Below, in pieces: positions 28,963-38,845 of a stretch of DNA of 64,000 nt. Position numbers and translations under genes: made by a program. Origin of the DNA: Bacteroidia bacterium (GTDB lineage: Bacteria; Bacteroidota; Bacteroidia; SpSt-205); contig JANXCX010000024.1 of the NCBI GenBank assembly GCA_025059535.1, positions 23,425-87,424 of the forward strand, read 5' to 3'. A model generated the notes under the pieces. It had not been told where the DNA came from. It did not search any database and was given only the letters and a program-made list of their open reading frames with translations. Every line of letters starts with the position of its first letter. Position 1 is the stretch's first letter.

Positions 28963-30309
28963 GTGGAAGACACTATTGCCGCTGTGGCTACGGCTTGGGC
29001 CCCGGCCGCTATCGGGGTACTTCGGCTCAGCGGCCCCCAAGCCTTGCCTATCGCCCTGCAGCTGGCCCGTCGCACAAAACCGCTCCGCCCCCGCTACGCT
29101 ACCCTCGCCACCCTCTACGAGGAGGATGGCCAGCCCTTAGACCAGGCTATTCTCCTCTACTTCCCCGCTCCCCGCTCCTATACGGGTGAGGACTTAGTGG
29201 AAATCTCCTGTCATGGCAGCCTTTACATCCTGCGGCGGCTGACGGAACTCTGCCTGAGCTATGGGGCTCGCTTAGCTCGGCCTGGTGAATTTACCCTGCG
29301 CGCCTATCTGCATCGCAAGCTTTCTTTAGAGCAGGCGGAGGCCGTAGCAGACCTCATCCAAGCTCGCAGTGCGGCGGCCCATCGCTTAGCGATGAGCCAA
29401 TTCAAAGGCGCTTATACTGAAAAGGTGCGCGCCTTCCGCCAGCAGCTCATAGAATTTCTGGCCCTTTTAGAGCTAGAGCTAGATTTTGCGGAAGAGGATG
29501 TGGAATTTGCCTCGCGCGCGCAGCTACACCAGCTCTTGGAAGCCCTGAAGGTTGAAATCGCGCGCCTTTTAGCCTCCTATCGGGCCGGGCGTGCCATACG
29601 CGAGGGGATTCCCATCGCCATCATCGGCCGCCCAAACGCCGGCAAATCCACTCTGCTCAATGCGCTTCTTGCCGAAGAACGCGCCATCGTATCCGAAATC
29701 CCTGGCACTACGCGCGACACTATAGAGGAGCGGCTTATTTTAGGCGGCTACGAGCTGCGGCTGATAGATACCGCGGGCCTGCGCGCTACCCCAGCCGATC
29801 CCGTGGAAGCGGAAGGCATTCGGCGCGCACGCCAAAAGCTCCAAGAAGCCTTTCTCCTACTCTATGTTTTTGACGCTAGTCAGGAATCCCTTTCCGAAGC
29901 CCAGAAAGCCGCTGGGCAGCTTGTAGGCGATACGCCACCGGCCCCTATTCTATGGGTAGCCAATAAAATAGACCTTCTGGATAAACCCCCTTTAGCCGAA
30001 GGGGCTATCCCCATATCGGCGCAGCACCGAATAGGCTTAGACCGCCTGGAGGAAGCCATCCTAGCCGAGCTAAACCGCCAAGGTCTAGGCGAGGAGGTAC
30101 TTTTGTCCCATCTACGTCACCAGGAGAGCTTCCTTCGAGCCCGAGAAGCTATTGAGAATGCCCTCCGCCTTTTGGAAGAGGGTAGCGGTACTGAGCTAAT
30201 CGCCGAGGAGCTGCGCGCCGCCCAAGCGGCTATCGGCGAGATAACGGGCGAAATCACCCCCGATGAGATTCTCGGGCACATCTTTGCATATTTTTGCATT
30301 GGCAAATGA
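28963..30309 (+). CDS. mnmE: tRNA modification GTPase MnmE
   Basis: GTPase G1 GRPNAGKST, TTRD, DTAG, and the diagnostic C-terminal FCIGK. Confidence 0.9.
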   Translation: MEDTIAAVATAWAPAAIGVLRLSGPQALPIALQLARRTKPLRPRYATLATLYEEDGQPLDQAILLYFPAPRSYTGEDLVEISCHGSLYILRRLTELCLSYGARLARPGEFTLRAYLHRKLSLEQAEAVADLIQARSAAAHRLAMSQFKGAYTEKVRAFRQQLIEFLALLELELDFAEEDVEFASRAQLHQLLEALKVEIARLLASYRAGRAIREGIPIAIIGRPNAGKSTLLNALLAEERAIVSEIPGTTRDTIEERLILGGYELRLIDTAGLRATPADPVEAEGIRRARQKLQEAFLLLYVFDASQESLSEAQKAAGQLVGDTPPAPILWVANKIDLLDKPPLAEGAIPISAQHRIGLDRLEEAILAELNRQGLGEEVLLSHLRHQESFLRAREAIENALRLLEEGSGTELIAEELRAAQAAIGEITGEITPDEILGHIFAYFCIGK

Positions 30310-32498
30310 AGGCGGCTCTTCTCCTACAGGTTTTAGGCTGGGTGTGGGGACAAAGCGTTTCAGGCTACCTTCTACGCGGGGCTAGGCCACTCGCTGGGGC
30401 TAAGGTTTGGTGGAGCGGTACCGACATAAGCACCCGCACCGGTACCACAGGCTTTTTCAGCCTACCTCTACCGCCTACTTGGCCCGCCTTTTTGCGTACC
30501 GATCAAAGCCCCGATAGCCTCTGGGTGCAGGACTCTACCGCCATGGTGCGCTGGGAACTGCCTCAGGAAGCGGTTTTAGACACTCAATTCATTACAGCGG
30601 CTGCCTCCTCGCCCCATCAATCGCCCGCGGCTACCCTAGTGTGGGACCGTGCGCGCCTAACGGCCGTCCCCTGCTGCAATCTCTCCGAAGCCTTTGAGGG
30701 CACGGCTTTAGTAGATGCCACTATCTCGGACGGTGCCCTAGGCCTGAGGCAACTGCGCCTTTTGGGCTTTGAGCCCGCCCATAGCCCCCTTTGGTATGAG
30801 AGTAAGCCTCTTAGCTTGGGTTTATACCGCCCTTGGGCCGCTCATTTCCTCCCCGCCCTATGGGTGCAAAGCCTAAAAATTACTAAGGGAATCGGCAGCG
30901 TCTTATACGGGTTTGATGGGCCGGCGGGACAGATTCAAGTGGAGTACCTTCCCGCCGAGCCACCAATCCAACCTAGAGCGGTAGAGCTGACCCTGCGCAG
31001 TATGGGAGAGGCTGTTCTGGCAGGGCGTTGGCTTCACTACCCTACACCTACTCGGGGCCTTCTTCTCCTGGGGAGTGCGGGCTGGACGCCCTTCCAGTCT
31101 GCCTTCCTTCAAGACCATAATCATGACGGCTTTTTAGATATACCTCTTTACCAGCAGGGGCAAGGCCTAGTAAAGCGCTTCTGGCGCGACACGCTGGGAA
31201 ATATGGGCGAGGTAGAGGGGCAATTTTTGTGGGATCGCCGTTGGGGCGGGGAGGTGGCCTTTCAACAGCCCGATCAAATTGCCCGACTGGAAGCCTGGGG
31301 CTTTTATCAAGAGGCCAGCTTAGGGCAGTTAGCCTGGCGGCGCGGCTGGACGCTTGGCCAGGGGCGCGGCCTTAGCCTTTTGGGCCAGCTGCGCAGCTGG
31401 CACCATAGGCTTCAGGCTGGCTTTAATGCCTACCGAGCCTTCCAACCTACGGGCTGGTTGCAGCTCGTGTATCGGCAGCCGCTAGGGGATACGCGCTGGC
31501 TCTGGCAGGGCGGCTTCTCCCTGCAAGCCGCTTACCTGGCGGAATCGCTGGTTACCTGGCATGGGTACGAGCGGCGCTGGCAACGGCCCGAAGCTATTCC
31601 CGGCCTTTTTTCGGAGCTTACTCTCACCCCTTCGCCAAAACTCAGCCTAGTAATTGGGGCTCGGGCAGACTGGCACTCTTACTGGGGATGGCAGCTTATT
31701 CCGCGCTTTCACCTACGGTGGATGTATGGCCAAGGCGGCCTCTTTCGCCTTTCGGGCGGGCGCGCCTGGCGCCTCCCCGACCCTCTAGCCGAAGCGCTTC
31801 CCTTCCTTTTCAGTAGCCGCCAGTGGGTCATAGACTTTGCCCTATGGCCCCCAATAGAGCACGCTTGGAGCTACGGGGTCTTCTGGCAGCAGAGTTTTCT
31901 CCTTGGCCCAGGCCTCTTACAGGCTGAAGTCAATGGCGTCCAGGCCCTTTTCCGAAGGCCCTTCCTCTGGGAGGTAGAGAAGCCCTGGGAGGTGCGGCTT
32001 TTTGCTGGCGCTCAGCCAGCCCGCTACACTACCCTTTATGCGGAGTTGTGCTACGAGGTACCCCAGCTCCTGCGCCTGCAAGCCAGCTACAAGTATCAGG
32101 CGATTTGGCAGCCGCTCGCCCTGGGCTATCAGCTACGGGTACTTCTGCCCCAGCATCGGGCCGCCCTATGGGCTAGCTGGCTGACACCTTCCGACCGCTG
32201 GCAAGCCGATGCAATCCTTAGCTGGACCGGACCACAGCGCCTTCCTTCCACCGAAGGCAAGCCTTTTCCCTACCAACGCCCTAGCCGAACGCCGCCCTAT
32301 CTCCTCCTTACGCTCCAGCTGACCTATCGGCAAAAGGGCTGGGAGCTCCAGCTGGCCGGTGAAAATCTCACAAACTTTCGGCAGCCTTTTCCCGTACTTA
32401 TGGCCGAGGCGCCTTTTTCGCCTTACTTTGATGCGGCACTGGTCTGGGGACCTATTATGGGCCGCTGGTTTAGTCTCACCTGGCGCTATAAGTGGTAA
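30294..32498 (+). CDS. TonB-dependent receptor-like outer-membrane protein (CarboxypepD_reg N-domain, plug, beta-barrel)
   Basis: Signal peptide, a carboxypeptidase-regulatory-like domain (GYLLRG...GFFSL), a plug-like region (EAFEGTALVDA...LRLLGFEP...GSVLYGFDG), and a W-terminal barrel (...SLTWRYKW). Confidence 0.55.
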   Translation: MHWQMKAALLLQVLGWVWGQSVSGYLLRGARPLAGAKVWWSGTDISTRTGTTGFFSLPLPPTWPAFLRTDQSPDSLWVQDSTAMVRWELPQEAVLDTQFITAAASSPHQSPAATLVWDRARLTAVPCCNLSEAFEGTALVDATISDGALGLRQLRLLGFEPAHSPLWYESKPLSLGLYRPWAAHFLPALWVQSLKITKGIGSVLYGFDGPAGQIQVEYLPAEPPIQPRAVELTLRSMGEAVLAGRWLHYPTPTRGLLLLGSAGWTPFQSAFLQDHNHDGFLDIPLYQQGQGLVKRFWRDTLGNMGEVEGQFLWDRRWGGEVAFQQPDQIARLEAWGFYQEASLGQLAWRRGWTLGQGRGLSLLGQLRSWHHRLQAGFNAYRAFQPTGWLQLVYRQPLGDTRWLWQGGFSLQAAYLAESLVTWHGYERRWQRPEAIPGLFSELTLTPSPKLSLVIGARADWHSYWGWQLIPRFHLRWMYGQGGLFRLSGGRAWRLPDPLAEALPFLFSSRQWVIDFALWPPIEHAWSYGVFWQQSFLLGPGLLQAEVNGVQALFRRPFLWEVEKPWEVRLFAGAQPARYTTLYAELCYEVPQLLRLQASYKYQAIWQPLALGYQLRVLLPQHRAALWASWLTPSDRWQADAILSWTGPQRLPSTEGKPFPYQRPSRTPPYLLLTLQLTYRQKGWELQLAGENLTNFRQPFPVLMAEAPFSPYFDAALVWGPIMGRWFSLTWRYKW

Positions 32499-32501
32499 AG
32501 G

Positions 32502-32954
32502 TTACCGAGCGGAGGGCGGCAGCTCTCGCACCAGCTGCGCTCCCCAAGGACAATACACCCGTACGCTACGCAGCCATTCCGCCAGGTTAGCCTCCACATA
32601 GGAGGGGCGCGCATCACACACCTCCATGGCAATCTCAGCAAATATTACGCTATCGGGATGAAAGTGCCAGCTCCACCGGTGTTCGCCGCAGCGATTAAAC
32701 CCCCCATCACCCTCATATAGGGGCCCTAAGGGAATAGTCCGACCTTCCTGCTGGGCTAGGATTCGGCGGGCCTCAGCAATCCGCACCGAATCGCGCAGCC
32801 GCAGAATAAAGCACTCCTCGCCCACGCGCACCTCAAAATCCACCGGCTCAGGTTTCGGCGGCGGTCCATTCGGCCTTTCTTCAGCCTCTCGCCGACACCC
32901 CAGAACTAAAAAGGCTAAGAAAAATACCCCCCTACTCCCTAATCCAGTTATCAT
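32502..32954 (-). CDS. Hypothetical lipoprotein
   Basis: Lipobox FLVLGC from the internal Met; the ORF track extends to a GTG at 32990. No domain recognised. Confidence 0.35.
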   Translation of the reverse strand: MITGLGSRGVFFLAFLVLGCRREAEERPNGPPPKPEPVDFEVRVGEECFILRLRDSVRIAEARRILAQQEGRTIPLGPLYEGDGGFNRCGEHRWSWHFHPDSVIFAEIAMEVCDARPSYVEANLAEWLRSVRVYCPWGAQLVRELPPSAR

Positions 32955-33065
32955 AACGGTAAATATACGCGCAAAGGACCGTGAATGCACAGAAGGAAGC
33001 TCAAAAATAAGTTCTACTGCGCACGGTGCAGGGAGACTATCTAACGCCTCTCACAGCCGAGGAGA

Positions 33066-33091
33066 TCACACCCTTTCGATAGAGGGTGTGA
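33066..33091. repeat. 9-bp perfect inverted repeat TCACACCCT-(8)-AGGGTGTGA
   Basis: Read directly in the 320-bp divergent intergenic region. No T-tract follows on either strand. Confidence 0.5.
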
Positions 33092-33202
33092 GAAAGCCGT
33101 AGTTCTACCTTGTGCTGCCTATCTACAAGGAGCCACCTCACTAACCTAACGACTAAATAGAGGGAGTAGCCTTTCCTGAATGGCATACGACACTTTATCT
33201 TT

Positions 33203-33216
33203 GGTAAGGCCTTACC
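33203..33216. promoter_or_regulatory. Perfect 14-bp palindrome GGTAAGGCCTTACC, candidate operator
   Basis: Read directly. It lies about 60 bp upstream of the YbjN-like start codon. Confidence 0.3.
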
Positions 33217-33277
33217 CTAATGCCAGGAAAAACCCATCCCCTTTGACTAAATCGGAGAGAATAGCTATTTTTACCTT

Positions 33278-33751
33278 ATGAAGAACGAATCGCCCCGCAA
33301 GCTGGGGCGCCGCATAGAGCGTTTTCTGCGCAGTGCCCGGCTGAAGTATATGGTAGACCAAGACGGCGACTATCATGTGGCCCTTCGCCTAGATGAGGAT
33401 AACCTGCGGATGCATATCATCTTCATGTGTGAGGGCCTGCGCGGAGAGATTCTTTCCATTCTTATTCGCTTTGAGGGTAAAATCCCCCAACTTTCACCCG
33501 AAGAGGCTCTTCAAAAGGCGAATGAATGGAATCTCACGCGCCGCTGGCCGCGCATTTACTGGAAAGAGGGCTATTTCTACGGAGACTTTCACTTAGATAC
33601 CGAGCTGAATATTTCGTACAAGGCACTGGCGCAGAATATTCTTCATGTTATCGTAGCCAGTGCGCAGTTCCTCATGTACATAACGGGTCGGGAAATAGGC
33701 CTGATTGAGGAGATTAAGCGACATATGGTAGCGATTCTGCGGCTGAATTAG
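33278..33751 (+). CDS. YbjN-like (putative sensory-transduction regulator / T3SS-chaperone-like fold) protein
   Basis: 157 aa. The pattern ...FLRSARLKYMVDQDGDYHVALRLD...IIFMCEGL...ILIRFEGKIP...EWNLTRRWPRIYW... resembles the YbjN family. GC is about 50%, lower than the surroundings. Confidence 0.35.
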   Translation: MKNESPRKLGRRIERFLRSARLKYMVDQDGDYHVALRLDEDNLRMHIIFMCEGLRGEILSILIRFEGKIPQLSPEEALQKANEWNLTRRWPRIYWKEGYFYGDFHLDTELNISYKALAQNILHVIVASAQFLMYITGREIGLIEEIKRHMVAILRLN

Positions 33752-35226
33752 AATTCGGACACCCACTCCAGTCGTACGAGGCTGCGGCGCCAGTCCCAGG
33801 GCGTACCTTGGCGACGGCCCGTCGCAAGGGTAAGGCGCAGAATGCCTGCGGCAAGCTGGGTTTGCAGCGCAAGGCCAAGAGTATAGTTGGGCAGACGGAT
33901 GGAGGGAAGAAGGAAAAGTTGTCCGCCCTCGGCGAAAACACTAAAATAGCCAGCCTCCTCGGTATGGAGACGCAGCTCGGTATAGCCTTGAAGCGCCGCT
34001 TGGGCTGGAAAGGTATTTTCGGGAAAGCCTCGCAGACCTACCTCCCCCCCTAAGCGGGGCAATTCATTTTCGTAGGAAGAGGTGCTAGTGTAGCGATAGA
34101 GGACCCCTCCCAGGCGTAGCGTAAGAAGCCGCCCTAAAGGAAGGAAGGCTTCACCCTGCCCATGAAACTCTTGAAAGGAAGCAGTACGCAGCGGAAGGTC
34201 TAAAGGCGGGAAGGGGAGGTAGGTAAGGCGCCCCTGCGTCCCAACTAAAAATAGGAAATACCCCCGATGGGGGGAGAGGCGCTGATCTAGCCGCTCATAT
34301 TCCCAGCCGATTTTTGCCCCTATGCGTTGAAAGCCGCGCAGCGGGCGCAGCGAAGAGAACGCCGAGCCTATGGGACGAGAAGCGCCGTGCCGCAGACCAA
34401 GAATACTACGCAGGGAAGGCGTAAGGCGCAAGCGGGTTTCGGCCTCCACCTCACGCTGGAGAAAGGCTGTATCCTGCCGCCAGAGGAGAAAGCGCCCGCG
34501 CAGCTCAAGAAAACCTTTCCACACATAGGGAAGGCCCAAAAAGAGCTGGAGGCGCTGGGCGTTATTGGGTAGCTGGGCATAGCGGGCTTCCAAACGCTCT
34601 CCGAGGCGGAAAGGGCTGAGGAGACTTACCTCTAGGCTGCCTATAACCTGCGCACGCTGGCTTGAAGTGGGCACAAGGGCCAGGGCGCCATCCACGCGAT
34701 TGCCCTGCTTAGGCTGTAGGGCAACCTCTACCCATGCAAGGTTAGGAAAAAGCCAGAGCTGTGGGGTATCCGTAGGGGAAGCATAGGGATTCTGACGGAG
34801 CTTGCGCGGGAGGGCCTCCCAATTCGGCAAGCGTAGAGGTTGCCCAGGTTGTAAGCCAGTGATTTGGTAGAAGGCGCGCCGGGGCGCTGGCCAACGCCCC
34901 CGTATCAAAATCGTATCTAGCCGCACAAGTGGCCCTGGGGTTACTTCTAATACGCCTCCGCAGTGTCCTCCCGTGCATCCAAAGCGCCGCCAAACCACCG
35001 CCGCATATAAATACCCTTCCTCTAAAAACAGCCGCTGTAGGCCAAGCGGAATTGCCCTGAGATTATCGGGCGTTACCTCTTTATTCTTCCAGCGCTGGAG
35101 GTAGGCTGCGCTTCGCTGGGCCAACTTACCCTCAGCGCCTACGCAGCGAAGCTCCTGAAAGGTAAGCCTCTCCGTCTTAGGCAGGTCGGAGCTGGTCAGT
35201 TGAAGCCATACCCAGAGGAGGTACAT
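33748..35226 (-). CDS. Omp85-family outer-membrane beta-barrel protein with an N-terminal POTRA-like domain (TpsB/TamA-like size)
   Basis: 492 aa. POTRA-like LTFQELRCVGAEG...LQRLFLEEGYLYAAVV. C-terminal amphipathic barrel strands ending ...LVRLEWVSEF with an aromatic terminus. It lies 12 bp downstream of the EEP gene. Confidence 0.5.
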   Translation of the reverse strand: MYLLWVWLQLTSSDLPKTERLTFQELRCVGAEGKLAQRSAAYLQRWKNKEVTPDNLRAIPLGLQRLFLEEGYLYAAVVWRRFGCTGGHCGGVLEVTPGPLVRLDTILIRGRWPAPRRAFYQITGLQPGQPLRLPNWEALPRKLRQNPYASPTDTPQLWLFPNLAWVEVALQPKQGNRVDGALALVPTSSQRAQVIGSLEVSLLSPFRLGERLEARYAQLPNNAQRLQLFLGLPYVWKGFLELRGRFLLWRQDTAFLQREVEAETRLRLTPSLRSILGLRHGASRPIGSAFSSLRPLRGFQRIGAKIGWEYERLDQRLSPHRGYFLFLVGTQGRLTYLPFPPLDLPLRTASFQEFHGQGEAFLPLGRLLTLRLGGVLYRYTSTSSYENELPRLGGEVGLRGFPENTFPAQAALQGYTELRLHTEEAGYFSVFAEGGQLFLLPSIRLPNYTLGLALQTQLAAGILRLTLATGRRQGTPWDWRRSLVRLEWVSEF

Positions 35227-35237
35227 CGGTACGGGCC

Positions 35238-36338
35238 TTATCGGCAGAAGCCATATAGCTTACCCGTTACAGGAGCATGATCGGAGAGGGGGAAAGTCTC
35301 CATGCCACCTTTGGTACTATCCTGATGCACAAGGCCATCCGTCCAATACGCATTGGTAAAAAGGTAATCTAAGCGGCGATTCCACCAGCCCCGGCTATTC
35401 ACGGTGTGGGAGTAGTAGGCGGCCTCGTTAGCCTGATACTTCTCTAAGGGTATAACCTCCCGATAGGCCGCATAGAAGGGCCGCAGCCAATCCACCTCCC
35501 GCGTATAGTCATCAGCTACAAAGGTGGGATCTACTTCTTTGCATTTATTGTCGTCAAAGTCTTTGAGTTTTCGGGTGCCCGGTGGTACAGTGTTCAAGTC
35601 GCCCCCAGCCACCCATACCGCACCGCTTCGGGTAAGGCTGTCTAAAAAGCGTTTGAAAATTTGAAGCTGGAAATAGCGGGTACTATCGGGCTCTGGCACA
35701 TAGGCTTCCAGGTGGGTATTGATTACCCAGAAGTTTGGCTGGCAGGGCAGGGGTATCCGCGCCGCTAGGATATTGCGACGCAGATAGAAGAAGCGATACC
35801 ACCAAGGGTAAGCCGCTACTAAAGGCAAGGGTAGGCGAAAAGCTGTATCTATAGGCCAGCGGGAGAAAATCGCATTGCCTGAATTAATCGGCCCAAGCCC
35901 CCGACTGGGTAAGTAACGCACATGCCATTGACTCGCATAGGCCGCGTAGGGCAGCCCAGTACTATCAGCTAAATACTTGAACATGTCAATTCCCGCCGAG
36001 CGGCGCGAGCCAATATCTAGCTCCTGCACCAGAAGAATATCGGGCTGCACCTGACGGATTTTTCGCAGAAGGCCAGCCAAATTGTGGAGCACCTCCTCCT
36101 GCGTCATGAGAACCCTATCGCCATAGCAGTCAAAAAAGAAATCTATGCGCGCACCACCAAACTTGATGTTCCAGGTCATGACTACTAGGGTATCGCGGAA
36201 AGGCGCCGGCGAGGCGCCAGGGGCTGTATAGCGCTGGGCTGGAGTAGGACGTTTATACTGCACGACCCACAGATCCGTGCCCAAAATAAGCGATACGCCT
36301 ATAAGTAGAAGCCCCACCACGCCGGCTACGACTCGCAT
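35238..36338 (-). CDS. Endonuclease/exonuclease/phosphatase (EEP) family hydrolase with an N-terminal signal anchor
   Basis: Signal anchor MRVVAGVVGLLLIGVSLILG. EEP motifs VVMTWNIKFG, DILLVQELD and the C-terminal SDHAPV. Confidence 0.8.
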   Translation of the reverse strand: MRVVAGVVGLLLIGVSLILGTDLWVVQYKRPTPAQRYTAPGASPAPFRDTLVVMTWNIKFGGARIDFFFDCYGDRVLMTQEEVLHNLAGLLRKIRQVQPDILLVQELDIGSRRSAGIDMFKYLADSTGLPYAAYASQWHVRYLPSRGLGPINSGNAIFSRWPIDTAFRLPLPLVAAYPWWYRFFYLRRNILAARIPLPCQPNFWVINTHLEAYVPEPDSTRYFQLQIFKRFLDSLTRSGAVWVAGGDLNTVPPGTRKLKDFDDNKCKEVDPTFVADDYTREVDWLRPFYAAYREVIPLEKYQANEAAYYSHTVNSRGWWNRRLDYLFTNAYWTDGLVHQDSTKGGMETFPLSDHAPVTGKLYGFCR

Positions 36339-36566
36339 GGCTCAAACTTACGGGATATATAGCTAACCGCTTGATTCCTGGGGCTTTGTCGGGCAGAGAA
36401 TAAGCGCTAGTAAGCAGGAGCTCTGGCCAGATAGCGTCCGTTAGGCCTACTAAGGCATCGCCCTAAGGAATTGAATAGGCGCCCCAAGCCATTTGAGCCT
36501 AAGAGGGGGGTGGCGCGGGAAAGCTTTTAGCTGCTCTTACGCAAGCTGGCGGACCAAACTTTCCAT

Positions 36567-37733
36567 TTAGCCTACTCTCAGGACGAATCCTTTTAGGTAT
36601 TCGCCCTGAGGGTGGAAAAAATCTATGGGGTGGTCGGGTGGTGCATGGAGGAAGTGTAAGATTTGGATGGGACGGTCAACGGCCATCGCCGCTTGGAAAA
36701 TCGCATCCCGAAAAAGCTGCGGCGTGATATGAGCCGAACAGGAGAAAGTAAAAAGGAGCCCGCCCGCTGGCAGGAGGCTTAGGGCTCTGCGGTGAATTTC
36801 GCGGTAGCCGCGCAGGGCTTGGGGTACCGCATCCTGATGGTGGGTGAAGGCAGGCGGGTCCAAAACGATAATATCCCATTTCCCTGCTTCCAACCGCTCC
36901 AGCGCCGCAAAGGCATCCTGACACCACACCTCATGAGGTACTTCGCCTAGCCCATTGAGCTGAAGGTTTTCCGGAATAAGCTGGGCCGGTTCGGGCATTA
37001 TTTCCACGGCAAGTAGGCGGGTGGCTCCTCCCGCCGCCGCATACACCGTAAAGCCTCCCGTATAGGCGAAAAAATCCGCTACGGCTTTGCCTTTGGCGTA
37101 GTGGCGCAGAAGCTGCCGGTTGTGGCGCTGATCTAGAAAAAAGCCGGTTTTCTGCCCTGTGGCTATAGAGACTTTGAAGTGAAGGCCATGCTCTTGGATG
37201 ATTACCATCGGCTGGGGCTGACCCCAAAGCCACTCGGAGGTAGCGGTACTTTCGCGCCGCAGATAGATCGCCTGAACCTGAAGGACTTCAGTGAGGAAAC
37301 GCACAAGGGCCGGCTGCAGTTTCTCAGCGCCGGGTGTGCGCAGTTGAAGTACCGCCACCCTGTCATAGATATCCGCAATTACGCCTGGTAGGCCATCGCC
37401 CTCGCTATTGAAGAGGCGGTAGGCGTTCGTATGGCTGAGTTCGGGGAGAGTTTGGCGCAGCTGGAGGGCTGCTTGGAAGCGCGCTTGCCAGAAGGACGAG
37501 GTAGGCTGGAGCTTCTTCCCCCCCCAGGCAAATACCCGACAGCGAATGGGATGCTGCGGATCCCAGAAGCCATAGCCGAGCGGGTTGCCGTATTCATCGC
37601 AGACGCAGACGGTTTGGCCCGCCTCAGCGAGGGCTTCGGGTGAAAAGGCCCCCGAGAAAAGCCAGGGATGGCGCTGCGACCGAATTTTAGCGGCTTTACC
37701 GGGGCGCAAGCGCACACGTGGGATAGGGTTCAT
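36567..37733 (-). CDS. rlmI: 23S rRNA (cytosine-C5) methyltransferase RlmI-like (PUA domain plus class I SAM methyltransferase)
   Basis: PUA-like N-terminus. LDLFAYTGGFTVYAA SAM motif and DIIVLDPPAF motif IV. Confidence 0.85.
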   Translation of the reverse strand: MNPIPRVRLRPGKAAKIRSQRHPWLFSGAFSPEALAEAGQTVCVCDEYGNPLGYGFWDPQHPIRCRVFAWGGKKLQPTSSFWQARFQAALQLRQTLPELSHTNAYRLFNSEGDGLPGVIADIYDRVAVLQLRTPGAEKLQPALVRFLTEVLQVQAIYLRRESTATSEWLWGQPQPMVIIQEHGLHFKVSIATGQKTGFFLDQRHNRQLLRHYAKGKAVADFFAYTGGFTVYAAAGGATRLLAVEIMPEPAQLIPENLQLNGLGEVPHEVWCQDAFAALERLEAGKWDIIVLDPPAFTHHQDAVPQALRGYREIHRRALSLLPAGGLLFTFSCSAHITPQLFRDAIFQAAMAVDRPIQILHFLHAPPDHPIDFFHPQGEYLKGFVLRVG

Positions 37734-38845
37734 TTGGCCCGCGCTTGGAGACGCTGCTGAAGGGAAGTAGAGCTTACGAAAGGCGGCTTTACCACCGTGA
37801 GGGGCCAGCGCTGGCCCCGCAGCTCAAAATATACAGTGTCGCCCAGCCGTACTTCGGCGGGCACGTAGCCCAGCGCAATCCCACACTGCAGCACAGGGCT
37901 AATAGAGCCAGAGGTAATGCGCCCAATAGGCTGACCTTCCGAATTTAGGAGGGGCATGCCATTTCGCGGCAGGGCCCGTGCCGACTCGCTACGCAGACCC
38001 ACGAGGCGACGCGGGAGGCTATGCGCTTTCTGGCGCAAGAGAGCCGCCTTGCCGATGAATTCCTCCTTATGCAGCTTTACCGCCCACTCTACCCCCGCTT
38101 CTAGGGGCGTCGTACTTTCATCTATATCCGTGCCATAGAGAAGGTACCCCATCTCTAGGCGCAGTGTATTACGGGCAGCTAAGCCCGCTGGGGGCACCCC
38201 CTGTGCCTGAAAAGCCTCCCACAAGGCGGCCCCATACTTGGCCCGAACAAAGAGTTCATAGGTCCATTCCCCCGTGTAGCCTGTAGTAGCGATAAGCACT
38301 TGGGGAATTCCCGCCACCTCAGCCTTGCGCACGGCATAATAGGGCATATCGGCTATCGGGGTCGGGGTAAGCCGCTCCAAAATCGCCGTACTCTCTGGCC
38401 CAGAAAGGGCCAGAAGTACTGTGTCTTCCGAAATATCCTCTAAGGTTACCCCCGACGCAGGTAGGTGCGCCTCCAGCCACGCCCGATCCTTAGCGGTAGT
38501 AGCTGCATTCACTACGAGTAAGTAAAGCTCCTCCTCCAGGCAGTATAAAATCAGGTCATCCAGAATACCGCCATCAGGGTTTAGGAGAAAGGTATATTGG
38601 GCGCGTCCAGGAGGAAGTTTGGCTGCGTCGTTGGAAAGCATTTTTTGAAGGAAGGCCTTAGCCTGAGGGCCGCGCACGAGAAATTCGCCCATATGAGAGA
38701 GGTCAAAGAGGGCAACCCGCGTGCGTACGGCCTGATGCTCGGCGAGTTCGCTGCGGTAGCGCAGGGGCATTTCCCATCCCGCAAAGGGAACTAAGGTCGC
38801 CCCAAGCTGCACATGTATGGTCTTGAGAGGTGTAGCCTTCAACAT
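37730..38845 (-). CDS. gcvT: Glycine cleavage system T protein (aminomethyltransferase)
   Basis: MLKATPLKTIHVQLGATLVPFAGWEMPLRY...ALFDLSHMGEF is canonical GcvT. The start is set at the internal ATG; the ORF track extends to 38938. Confidence 0.9.
   Translation of the reverse strand: MLKATPLKTIHVQLGATLVPFAGWEMPLRYRSELAEHQAVRTRVALFDLSHMGEFLVRGPQAKAFLQKMLSNDAAKLPPGRAQYTFLLNPDGGILDDLILYCLEEELYLLVVNAATTAKDRAWLEAHLPASGVTLEDISEDTVLLALSGPESTAILERLTPTPIADMPYYAVRKAEVAGIPQVLIATTGYTGEWTYELFVRAKYGAALWEAFQAQGVPPAGLAARNTLRLEMGYLLYGTDIDESTTPLEAGVEWAVKLHKEEFIGKAALLRQKAHSLPRRLVGLRSESARALPRNGMPLLNSEGQPIGRITSGSISPVLQCGIALGYVPAEVRLGDTVYFELRGQRWPLTVVKPPFVSSTSLQQRLQARAK

Noticed and set aside
32960-33010. GAAGGAAGC motif reminiscent of the SRP RNA helix-8 core (GGAAGGAAGCAGC)
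   Set aside because: The flanking sequence does not match the conserved SRP RNA domain IV (no GUCAGGUCC or CAGCC context), and part of the region is probably the 5' end of the lipoprotein gene.
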